NCBI GenBank assembly: GCA_039793825.1
Contig: JBAMMJ010000152.1
Coordinates: forward strand, 1-32,898
DNA: 32,898 bases
Origin: Verrucomicrobiota bacterium
GTDB lineage: Bacteria > Verrucomicrobiota > Verrucomicrobiia > Limisphaerales > JAKPVM01
Direction of reading: 5' to 3'
How positions within the stretch are numbered: the stretch's first letter is position 1; each line of letters starts with the position of its first letter. Under the pieces are notes generated by a model. The model searched no databases and was not told the DNA's origin. It saw only the letters and a program-made list of their open reading frames with translations. Shown piece after piece: positions 18,100-26,165 of this stretch. Position numbers and translations under genes: made by a program.

Positions 18100-18561
18100 A
18101 TGAAAAACGATGTCGTGGTTGTGCAGGTGCGCGGTTTGGTACCGGCTGATGGCGGAGTTGCGATCTTTCTCGGAAACGAAGAAAAGGTATTCGTCGTACA
18201 GGTTGAGCAAGTAATAGGGACCGTTATTGGTATGTTCCTACGTGAGATTCCGCGCGAACGCCCGCTTACCCACGACCTTATGAATTATATTTTTAAGGGA
18301 TTTGGCATCACTGTTGAAAACGTGGTCATCACCGAACTCAAAAATTCTGTTTATTACGCGCGTCTCATCTTAAAACAGGAAAACGAATTAGGAACAAAAT
18401 TTGTGGAAATAGATGCCCGCCCAAGCGATTGCATCGCGCTGGCTATTTCAAACAAAAAACCAATTTACGTGACCCGCTCCCTGTTTGATAAAGTGGAAGA
18501 TATGTCCGAAGTATTAAGACGACTCAATAGAGAAAATGACGAGGACGAATCCCAACAATAA
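18100..18561 (+). CDS. Bifunctional nuclease family protein (BFN/DUF151)
   Basis: The segments RPLTHDLMNYIFKGFGITVENVVITELKNSVYYARLIL and IDARPSDCIALAI are typical of the BFN domain. The C-terminus has an acidic tail. Confidence 0.8.
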   Translation: MKNDVVVVQVRGLVPADGGVAIFLGNEEKVFVVQVEQVIGTVIGMFLREIPRERPLTHDLMNYIFKGFGITVENVVITELKNSVYYARLILKQENELGTKFVEIDARPSDCIALAISNKKPIYVTRSLFDKVEDMSEVLRRLNRENDEDESQQ

Positions 18562-18717
18562 AACGCCTTTTGCCTCATATTAAACAAAAAACCTGCTAAA
18601 CGACATCAATCCTAAATCATTAACATTGAATTCAACGATTAATTCCATAATTGGTCAAAATACAACCTTATTTTTGAAAGGGTTACGATACTGTGGACTG
18701 GTTGAGTGAATACGATT

Positions 18718-18798
18718 CCTCTCCGTTCCTCTGTGCCCTCTGTGGTGAAAAATAAATAAACCACAGAGAACACAGAGAGACACAGAGAAGAAACAGAG
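18718..18798. repeat. Inverted array of about 10-nt CACAGAGA-type repeats forming a long imperfect hairpin
   Basis: The left arm is tcctctccgt/tcctctgtgc/cctctgtggt. The loop is a 13-nt A-rich sequence, gaaaaataaataa. The right arm is accacagagaa/cacagagaga/cacagagaag/aaacagag. I paired it by hand and found 9 bp, 2 mismatches, then 7 bp, followed by further partial pairing. Confidence 0.7.
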
Positions 18799-19003
18799 TT
18801 GTCGCCAGTGTATGACGCCTTCGGAATCGGTTCAGCCAATTACTAAATAATTTTTGAAAAATCTAATTTCACCCAAAAGTGCCTCTTTTCCTGGAATGGT
18901 AAGGATTCAGGCATCAGTACTATTCCAGAATATTAACTATTTGTAAAATCGTATAGCGAAAGGGACTGACTTTATCCTGACAGTAAAATCGGTCATTAAA
19001 ATA

Positions 19004-20350
19004 TTAAACTGGATAAACCCAGCCAGCGCGATATTGTCGGCTTAATAGTTTATTGGCTTCAGGATCGCCGATGCACTCTTCTTTTTCGCCATCCCAAACT
19101 ATGCTTCTGCCGAGCTTATAAGAGAGCATTCCAAGCAGAGACATATTTGTTGAATAGTGAATCTCTTCAATATCACTAACAGGTTTTCTGCCTTTCTTGA
19201 TGGCATCAAGAAAATCAGCCCAGAGTTCTTTTATATTCTGGTCGTCAGGCTGATGAAGTTTTGCCGGTTCGCCAATTACAGGTTCCTTTGGATTGGCAGG
19301 GTAAAACTTCCAGCCATCTTTCCAGCCAATATGCAATGTTCCGCGCTCGCCATAGAAATAGCAACCGACGTTTTCGCCTTTTTCGGCGTTGTTACCGGCA
19401 AATTGACGATGCTCCCAGCTGACCGTGAAATTATCAAATTGAAACACCGCTACCTGGTGGTCTGGGGCGTCGGATGTCTGCTCCTCTCTGGTAAGGATTG
19501 GAGGACCTTTTATCGGACGTCCGCCGGTAGAAAAGACCCGTTTGGGATATTTTTCGCCCATAATCCACAGGATTTGGTCCATCCAGTGGATTCCCCAATC
19601 CCCAAGCGTTCCGTTTGCGTAATCTAAATAGTTTCTGAATCCGCGAGGGTGAATTCCGCCGCTCCACGGATTATTTGGATCGCCATTATAAGGTCTCATC
19701 GGAGCAGGTCCACACCACATTTCCCAGTCAAGTTCCTTTGGTGGTTCAACATTTTTACGCGGCTTTTCCGGTCCGCCACCATAATGGACAAAGGCACGGA
19801 TCATACCAATTTTACCAAGTTTCCCCGAACGGATAAATTCGCGGCCGCTAACATTGTGCGGCGACACCCTTCTGTGGGTTCCCACCTGAACAATGCGTCC
19901 GGCGGCGCGCGCAGCTTTTACCATTGCCTGTCCTTCTTTTATTGTGTGGCTAATTGGCTTCTCAACATAAACGTGCGCGCCGCTCTTAACCGCATCTATG
20001 GTTTGCAATGGATGCCAGTGGTCAGGCGTCGCTACAATACAAATTTCAGGCTTCTCTTTTTGCAAAAGTTCACGGTAATCCTTGTAGATATGTGGCTCAA
20101 AACCGGACTCCTTTTTTACCCTTTCTAATGTCTGTTTTAAAAACCTGCCATCAACATCGCATAGTCCGACAATGGCGCACTCTCCACTTGCCATTGCCTC
20201 GCCGAGTATATTATTCCCCCACCATCCGCAACCTATCAACGCGGTGCGATACTTTTTAACCGGAGACTCGACCGCAAGCATCGGAAATGTTGAGATCAAT
20301 ACCCCTGAGGCAGCGCTGAATTTGATGAAATTTCTTCTGTTAAGTTTCAT
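19004..20350 (-). CDS. Gfo/Idh/MocA family oxidoreductase with a twin-arginine (Tat) signal
   Basis: The Tat signal is MKLNRRNFIKFSAASGVLISTFPMLA. The Rossmann N-terminus is RTALIGCGWWG. The family signatures YVEKP and a C-terminal alpha/beta domain are present. Confidence 0.88.
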   Translation of the reverse strand: MKLNRRNFIKFSAASGVLISTFPMLAVESPVKKYRTALIGCGWWGNNILGEAMASGECAIVGLCDVDGRFLKQTLERVKKESGFEPHIYKDYRELLQKEKPEICIVATPDHWHPLQTIDAVKSGAHVYVEKPISHTIKEGQAMVKAARAAGRIVQVGTHRRVSPHNVSGREFIRSGKLGKIGMIRAFVHYGGGPEKPRKNVEPPKELDWEMWCGPAPMRPYNGDPNNPWSGGIHPRGFRNYLDYANGTLGDWGIHWMDQILWIMGEKYPKRVFSTGGRPIKGPPILTREEQTSDAPDHQVAVFQFDNFTVSWEHRQFAGNNAEKGENVGCYFYGERGTLHIGWKDGWKFYPANPKEPVIGEPAKLHQPDDQNIKELWADFLDAIKKGRKPVSDIEEIHYSTNMSLLGMLSYKLGRSIVWDGEKEECIGDPEANKLLSRQYRAGWVYPV

Positions 20351-20716
20351 AACGTTTATCTGGTCAGGTTTGTTTTTGTTTACGCCGGTAATTCGGTTTA
20401 CGAATTTTTATCCAATACTTATTATCCGCATTTTAATGACAGAGATGGGAACGGCTATCCCACCCCGCTCTGAATTAAATTTTGAACAAACGCCCGAATA
20501 TGTCAAATTCAAGAATACGGAAAAAGGGCGGATTTGTGCGAATGTTGATACAATTGTCTCTTTGCAAATAGTGTAAGTTGGTTATTAAAAGGTTTTTCTT
20601 TTGTTGAAAAAAATATAAAATCCTGCATATTAACAAATTATTATGTTGTTTTTCGTCCGTGTAGTTTCTTTAAAGTGGCGATATATATCACGATAATATT
20701 TTGAGGCTCAATAGTT

Positions 20717-22795
20717 ATGGGTTTGCCATACGATGGGAATAATGGTGAGACTGTTGTAACGACAACTGTTGCAACGGCTGAGACCTCTTTTTCAATGGAA
20801 TCCATTGACCGCTCCATCTCAGAGGCAATCCAATGGCTTAAAAAAGAACAAAACGAGGAGGGTTTCTGGGTTGGCATTCTTGAATCAAACTCCTGTATGG
20901 AGGCGCAATGGGTTCTTGCAATGCACTTTCTGGATATCAAAGACGACCCTAAATACGATGGAATCATTCGGGCAATTTTAAGGGAGCAGCGTCCTGACGG
21001 ATCATGGGAGGTTTATCATGAAGCACCGGATGGCGATATAAATACAACAGTTGAATGTTACGCTGCGTTGAGGTGCGCTGGATTTAAACCCGATGACGAA
21101 CCTCTAAAAAAAGCAAGAGAGTGGATCCTTTCTCACGGGGGACTTAAAAGAATTAGAAACTTTACCAAATTCTGGCTTGCTTTGATTGGAGAATGGCCCT
21201 GGGAACACACTCCGGTTGTACCGCCAGAAATTATTTTTGTCCCTGTCTGGGCGCCATTCAATATCTATTGGTTCGCAAGTTGGGCGCGAGCAACTCTTGT
21301 GCCTCTGGCGATTTTGAGCGCAAGACGTCCGGTAAAACCGTTGCCGCCAGATAGAAGACTTGATGAATTGTTCCCCGAAGGACGCCAGAATTTTGATTAT
21401 TCAATGCCAAAACGATTAAGCGGCTTCTGGCCCACTTTTTTCCGAGTAAACGAAAGATTGTTGCATCATTATATGAACAGCCCGTGGAAGCCCGGGCGTG
21501 AAACAGCGATAAAACTCTGTCTTGAATGGATAATCCGGCGTCAAGACCCTGATGGCGCCTGGGGTGGAATCCAACCACCGTGGATTTATAGCCTGATGGC
21601 GCTTTATACAGAAGGCTATCCGGTTGACCATCCGGTTATGTTTAAAGGTCTGGACGCCTGGAACCATCACTGGACTTATAGGCGAGGAGACGCAATCTAT
21701 ATCCAGGCAAGCGAATCCCCTGTCTGGGACACCGTTCTGACCATTCAGGCGTTGCTTGATTGCGGCGAGGATTTTGAAACTTTTCCAGGTCTTGCCAAAG
21801 CACTTGATTGGTTGCTTAAAAAGCAAATCTTTGTAAAAGGCGACTGGGCAATGACAGTCAAGGGTGTTGAGTGCGGTGGATGGGCTTTTGAGCGCGCTAA
21901 CCGACTTTATCCTGATATTGATGATACAGCGGTGGCAATGGTTGTGCTCGCAAGACTAAGAAAAATCGCACCGCAACATTTTATACCGAGAATTGATTAT
22001 GCGTTAAAGCGAGCCGAAACCTGGGTCAGGGCGATGCAATCTTCAAACGGCGGTTGGGGGGCTTTTGATAAAGATAATAATAAATGGTTTTTGACGCTGA
22101 TCCCATTTTGCGATTTTGGAGAGGTGCTTGACCCGCCAAGCGCAGACCTTACAGGACATAAACTTGAGGCGCTTGGTTGCCTCGGTTATACGATGGATGA
22201 CCCAGCGGTAAAACGCGCTGTTGATTATATAATGAGCGAACAGGAACCGGATGGAAGCTGGTTCGGAAGATGGGGGGTGAATCACCTTTACGGAACGGCG
22301 CTTGTGCTGCCAGGGCTACGCGCAGTTGGATTCAATATGAAAGACCCGCGAATTTTAAAAGCGGCAGAATGGATTGCCTCTCATCAAAGTAAAGACGGCG
22401 GCTGGGGTGAGTCGTGCGCTTCTTATATGGATGATGCCTTTCGTGGCAACGGACCCAATACCCCCACACAAACCGCATGGGCGCTTATTGGACTTCTTGC
22501 AGTCGGCGACCACAAATACGACGAAGTCATTAAAAAAGGAATTCAATGGCTTCTAAAGCATCAAAAAGATGGCACCTGGTATGAATCTTATTATGTGGGG
22601 TGCGGGTTCCCCGGATATGGAATCGGAGAGCGAATAAGATTAAAGAAAAACACTCTCCTGTTGGCGCAGGGAAGAGAACTCTCACGCGGTTTTATGATTA
22701 ATTATAATATGTATCGCCATTATTTTCCGCTCCAGGCACTCGGCAGGGCGCGACTCCACTTCCAGAACAAAAAAACTTATCTTGATAGAGAATGA
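20717..22795 (+). CDS. shc: Squalene-hopene cyclase
   Basis: The catalytic DxDD motif is YPDIDDTAVAM. Repeated QW motifs are present (RPDGSWE, DPDGAWGG, SNGGWGAF, EPDGSWFGRWG, KDGGWGE, KDGTW). The protein is 692 aa. An alternative start at Met27 (20795) is possible. Confidence 0.95.
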   Translation: MGLPYDGNNGETVVTTTVATAETSFSMESIDRSISEAIQWLKKEQNEEGFWVGILESNSCMEAQWVLAMHFLDIKDDPKYDGIIRAILREQRPDGSWEVYHEAPDGDINTTVECYAALRCAGFKPDDEPLKKAREWILSHGGLKRIRNFTKFWLALIGEWPWEHTPVVPPEIIFVPVWAPFNIYWFASWARATLVPLAILSARRPVKPLPPDRRLDELFPEGRQNFDYSMPKRLSGFWPTFFRVNERLLHHYMNSPWKPGRETAIKLCLEWIIRRQDPDGAWGGIQPPWIYSLMALYTEGYPVDHPVMFKGLDAWNHHWTYRRGDAIYIQASESPVWDTVLTIQALLDCGEDFETFPGLAKALDWLLKKQIFVKGDWAMTVKGVECGGWAFERANRLYPDIDDTAVAMVVLARLRKIAPQHFIPRIDYALKRAETWVRAMQSSNGGWGAFDKDNNKWFLTLIPFCDFGEVLDPPSADLTGHKLEALGCLGYTMDDPAVKRAVDYIMSEQEPDGSWFGRWGVNHLYGTALVLPGLRAVGFNMKDPRILKAAEWIASHQSKDGGWGESCASYMDDAFRGNGPNTPTQTAWALIGLLAVGDHKYDEVIKKGIQWLLKHQKDGTWYESYYVGCGFPGYGIGERIRLKKNTLLLAQGRELSRGFMINYNMYRHYFPLQALGRARLHFQNKKTYLDRE

Positions 22796-22909
22796 TATTC
22801 GGGAAATTTAATTAAACATCCTTTTTATTTCCTACCTGATTGAGTGGTCTATTTAAGCAAAAAATACCGGTTTTAACACCCGCAATTAAACAAAAGCTAA
22901 ATATTCCAA

Positions 22910-24109
22910 TCAGTATGCTCTGGTCTTCTTATCAGTAAATAATGCTAAAGAGGCGGAATAACTATGAAGATAATTCGCCGTTCCGATTGGTCCAAATTCT
23001 CCGTTGCAAAAAGCGCCTACAATTGGGATTTGCGAAAGAATATTCTGAACACGCGAGGCGTCATGGTTTGGTTCTTTGAACATTGAACGACCACGTCCGG
23101 TGCAACAAAACAGACAGCCGCCATAAACAACTGTTCCGCGCAGAGACTTTTTTAAATTTGCCAGTGTTTCCTCAAGGTCTTCGGTGGCGGTTTTCGGGTC
23201 GCGCTGCTGGAATTGTATGCTCTGGCCCGGGCGGGGAAACCCGCCAATTGCGAGTATTCCTGAGTCCGGGTCGCCCCCAAGCAACGTCCTAACCACAAAA
23301 TCGCCTCTTCCGAGTTCCTCACGGTGCTCATTAACAGCGAGACCCACAAGGAGATTTTCGCTTAATTTTTTCTGTTCGCGATATGGCACTTTTGAAAAAG
23401 TTTCAAGAAGGATGTCAAACGCCGGCATATTTGCAATTTCATAAACGATGTTTCTGTCGGCTTTTGTGATTATCCATCTTTCACCGATAGGTTTTGCCCC
23501 CTGTGATACGGCAACCTGAATCTCTACATTTCCACCGAGTGAAACCGCTACACAGCCATTATCCAGCACCTTGTTATCAAGGTAAAGCTGAACCTCGCGA
23601 TTTTTTATATCTCCATCGGCGCAACCACCAGCGACTGGAATGTTTGGAAAGTATTTATTCAATTGTCCAAGCCATAATTCCGCATCAAAATTAAATGGGT
23701 TCCCAAACGAAATCCAGCTATTCACCTGGCTTTTGTGTATTCCAAATTTTTCTATGTAGTATTTCTCAGAACAGGCGGAATCTACGTCTTGTTGAACAAT
23801 ATGATAAGCGTGGATTATGGAATCAGGCAAATGATACAAACCAAGAACAAACCCACCTTTGGTTTCAATCTCAGAACCATTTATAATAAGACCACCAGCC
23901 GAACAGCCTGTAAGAACAGGAATTTTTCCATATATTTTTATGATCTCAAGTATCTGCTCTGCATTATTAAAAAAACGCGGTGTTAAAAATAATAAACCAA
24001 GCGACACAGGCGCGCCAAGTGTGTCACGCAACTCAATAACCCAGTCAATGATGGAATTTTCATCAAAATCCCCCTGCCAGTGGGCTACTATTGATTTCCC
24101 TTTTACCAT
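22910..24109 (-). CDS. Stand-alone FIST-domain protein (FIST_N plus FIST_C), putative small-ligand sensor
   Basis: The C-terminal block FCCTGRGRSMFKEPNHDASRVQNILSQIPIVGAFCNGEFGPIG is characteristic of FIST_C. The N-terminal part (LLFLTPRFF..., GCSAGGLI) fits FIST_N. Confidence 0.85.
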   Translation of the reverse strand: MVKGKSIVAHWQGDFDENSIIDWVIELRDTLGAPVSLGLLFLTPRFFNNAEQILEIIKIYGKIPVLTGCSAGGLIINGSEIETKGGFVLGLYHLPDSIIHAYHIVQQDVDSACSEKYYIEKFGIHKSQVNSWISFGNPFNFDAELWLGQLNKYFPNIPVAGGCADGDIKNREVQLYLDNKVLDNGCVAVSLGGNVEIQVAVSQGAKPIGERWIITKADRNIVYEIANMPAFDILLETFSKVPYREQKKLSENLLVGLAVNEHREELGRGDFVVRTLLGGDPDSGILAIGGFPRPGQSIQFQQRDPKTATEDLEETLANLKKSLRGTVVYGGCLFCCTGRGRSMFKEPNHDASRVQNILSQIPIVGAFCNGEFGPIGTANYLHSYSASLALFTDKKTRAY

Positions 24110-24289
24110 CGTAAATAAAATACATTTTATTCTTCAAAATTGCAAACCATCATTATCCGAAATTTGTCCAATAGTGGATAATCAGTTTCGTTATATAACT
24201 AACGAATAATTAATGACGCTCAATATAATGTATTGAATCTGGCAAAACCAGATATTGCAAATCATAATGGCTTACGCAGAGCTATAATT

Positions 24290-24305
24290 TGTTGACATAT
24301 CAACA
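24290..24305. promoter_or_regulatory. Inverted repeat overlapping a TTGACA -35-like hexamer; candidate MarR operator/promoter
   Basis: The repeat reads TGTTGA-CATA-TCAACA at 24290-24305. TTGACA lies at 24292-24297. TATTTT lies at 24314-24319, after a 16-nt spacer. The site sits immediately upstream of the marR-like ORF. Confidence 0.35.
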
Positions 24306-24319
24306 TTTTCTATTATTTT

Positions 24320-24817
24320 ATGGTTGTGCGACCAAAAAATATGTATAGAAATAAACAATTTTATTATTACGAGATATTGTTAAAGTTGCTAAGAGTCGCT
24401 GATACTTTGTGGGAACGAAGCAGGTTGTTCTTTTCTAAATTTAACCTAAGCCCGAGCCAGTTTAACATTCTCAATCTGTTATATGAGAATAAAAACGCAA
24501 TGACGCAAATAGAATTAAGTAGAAGGCTTCTTACTCACAGGTCAAACATCACTGGACTTTTGAGGCGGCTTGAAACTAAAAAACTCATTATCCGTCGCGG
24601 TTGTCGCGTTGATAAACGCGCTACTCTGGTTAAATTAACCCCGCGCGGTAGAACCCTGATCAATAAAATTCAGCCTGAATTTCGCAATATTGTATATGAA
24701 CTATTTAAAGACATAGAAATCACAGACCCATCTGAATTTCTGCAAATCCTTGAGAACATTGAATCAAGCGCCATTGACAAATCCAAATCTTTGAAGAATC
24801 TCAAAAATAAATCATAA
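24320..24817 (+). CDS. MarR family transcriptional regulator
   Basis: The winged-HTH segment is LSPSQFNILNLLYENKNAMTQIELSRRLLTHRSNITGLLRRLETKKLIIRRGCRVDKRATLVKLTPRGR. The start may instead be the ATG at 24341. The stop lies 10 nt before the next gene. Confidence 0.88.
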   Translation: MVVRPKNMYRNKQFYYYEILLKLLRVADTLWERSRLFFSKFNLSPSQFNILNLLYENKNAMTQIELSRRLLTHRSNITGLLRRLETKKLIIRRGCRVDKRATLVKLTPRGRTLINKIQPEFRNIVYELFKDIEITDPSEFLQILENIESSAIDKSKSLKNLKNKS

Positions 24818-24827
24818 AACTGAGTAT

Positions 24828-26153
24828 ATGGATTTAAACAAAAATCAACCAGGTATTCCTCAATCCATTATCCCGCCTGTGAGTAAAAAGCAGGTTTTAC
24901 ATAAAATTCCAGATACCTATCTTTATCTTTTAAAATCCAGAAATTATGTATTTCTGCTTATCAGCCAGTTTCTCGGGGCTTTTGCGGATAATTTTTTTCT
25001 GTGGCTAATAATAGGTCCGCTAACGTTAGAACATCAAAAAGGATTAATCTCCGACAGGGATTTAGGCGAGGCAAATGCAATTTATACCTGTTTATTATAC
25101 GCCCCTTATATTTTACTTGCGCCGGTTGCTGGCTATTTGAGCGACAGATTTCCAAAAAACAAATGTCTGATGGGCGCAAATTTAATAAAAATAGCAGGTG
25201 CGTTAATCGCGATGTTGAGTTTCGTTCACGGCAGATTCTGGATTGGGGCTGGCTATCTTATAATTGGGATCGGCGCCTGTTTCTATTCACCCGGAAAATA
25301 TGGAGTCTTGCCTGAAATTGTTCCGAGCCAGTTGCTCGTGAAGGCAAATGGAATTATTGAAATGTTAACAATCATTGCTGTCTTGTCCGGATTTCTCATT
25401 GGAGCGGTCGTCGTTGATAAGTACTCCATTTTAACAGGATTTATTGTTGTCTTTTTGATCTATTTTCTCAGTCTCTGTTTTGCGTATATGATGGAAAGAA
25501 CTTCTTCCAACCCTGCCATAAAATTTAAAGAAAATGTTTCGGAATTTTTACAAAACGCAAAACACTTAATTGCTTCAGAACGCACATCGCGAATATTGCT
25601 TGGAGCGGCGCTATTCTGGGCGAGCGGCGCCATTATGAAGATGAATTTCCAACCCTGGGGAATAGAGGTTCTTAAATTGAAAACAAATTCAGAGGTATCA
25701 TTTCTATCCCTGTGGGTTGCTATAGGTGTAATGACAGGGAGTATTCTGGCAGGTCTTCTGCACTCTGTCGGTGACCTGAAATTAACCCGACTTTACGGCT
25801 GGTGTATGGGTAGTCTTGTCATTGTCCTGAGTTTTATCAAAACCGGTTCATCAATGGCGCTACCAATATTTTTATTAATCTTAGCCGGTGTTGCAGGGGG
25901 ACTTTTTTTAATTCCAATCAATGCCGCGCTGCAATGGGAAAGTCATCCTGAAAAACGCGGCAAAACAATTGCAACCCTTAATCTATTTGACAACCTGGCA
26001 ATGGTCATCGGTGGAGCTTTTGTTTTCGGAGTTGTTCATCTCGGCGCAGACCCTTCTACAGTCTTTATACTTGAGGGATTATTAATATTATCAGTTGTCT
26101 TTTTCCTGAAGATGCCGCCTATTCAATCGGACAAAACAAACACAACCCGATAA
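24828..26153 (+). CDS. lplT: MFS transporter, lysophospholipid transporter LplT-like
   Basis: The protein has about 12 hydrophobic segments. The MFS motif-A-like segment GYLSDRFPKNK is present. The gene lies directly upstream (12-nt gap) of an aas-type gene, as in the E. coli lplT-aas operon. Confidence 0.7.
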   Translation: MDLNKNQPGIPQSIIPPVSKKQVLHKIPDTYLYLLKSRNYVFLLISQFLGAFADNFFLWLIIGPLTLEHQKGLISDRDLGEANAIYTCLLYAPYILLAPVAGYLSDRFPKNKCLMGANLIKIAGALIAMLSFVHGRFWIGAGYLIIGIGACFYSPGKYGVLPEIVPSQLLVKANGIIEMLTIIAVLSGFLIGAVVVDKYSILTGFIVVFLIYFLSLCFAYMMERTSSNPAIKFKENVSEFLQNAKHLIASERTSRILLGAALFWASGAIMKMNFQPWGIEVLKLKTNSEVSFLSLWVAIGVMTGSILAGLLHSVGDLKLTRLYGWCMGSLVIVLSFIKTGSSMALPIFLLILAGVAGGLFLIPINAALQWESHPEKRGKTIATLNLFDNLAMVIGGAFVFGVVHLGADPSTVFILEGLLILSVVFFLKMPPIQSDKTNTTR

Positions 26154-26165
26154 TTTTATCAAGGT

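Noticed and set aside
18639-18839. A 66-aa minus-strand ORF (MAEPIPKASYTGDNSVSSLCLSVFSVVYLFFTTEGTEERRG...).
   Set aside because: The low-complexity peptide is simply the translation of the CACAGAGA repeat hairpin, and both arms read through in frame. I treat it as a nucleotide-level element, not a gene.
20172-20576. A 134-aa plus-strand ORF runs from inside the oxidoreductase gene (antisense) into the shc upstream gap. Its internal Met at 20327 gives a hydrophobic 83-aa product.
   Set aside because: The first half is a shadow of the oxidoreductase N-terminus. I see no RBS and no recognisable motif, and the sequence is low-complexity and AT-driven. It cannot be supported without conservation or expression data.
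13869-24209. Numerous ORFs of 60-160 aa overlap or lie antisense to E1alpha/E1beta/E2, the oxidoreductase, shc and the FIST gene. Examples are 14135..14491, 16788..17096, 19157..19627, 19649..20128, 21416..21826 and 23859..24209.
   Set aside because: They are shadow ORFs inside genes with strong motif support on the other frame or strand. Their translations are compositionally biased (Arg/Ser/Pro-rich) and have no recognisable domains.
24240-24259. A sigma-54-like string, TGGCAAaaccagataTTGCA, upstream of marR.
   Set aside because: GG at 24241-24242 and GC at 24257-24258 are 16 nt apart instead of the obligatory 12 (GG-N10-GC). The spacing is wrong for a -24/-12 promoter.
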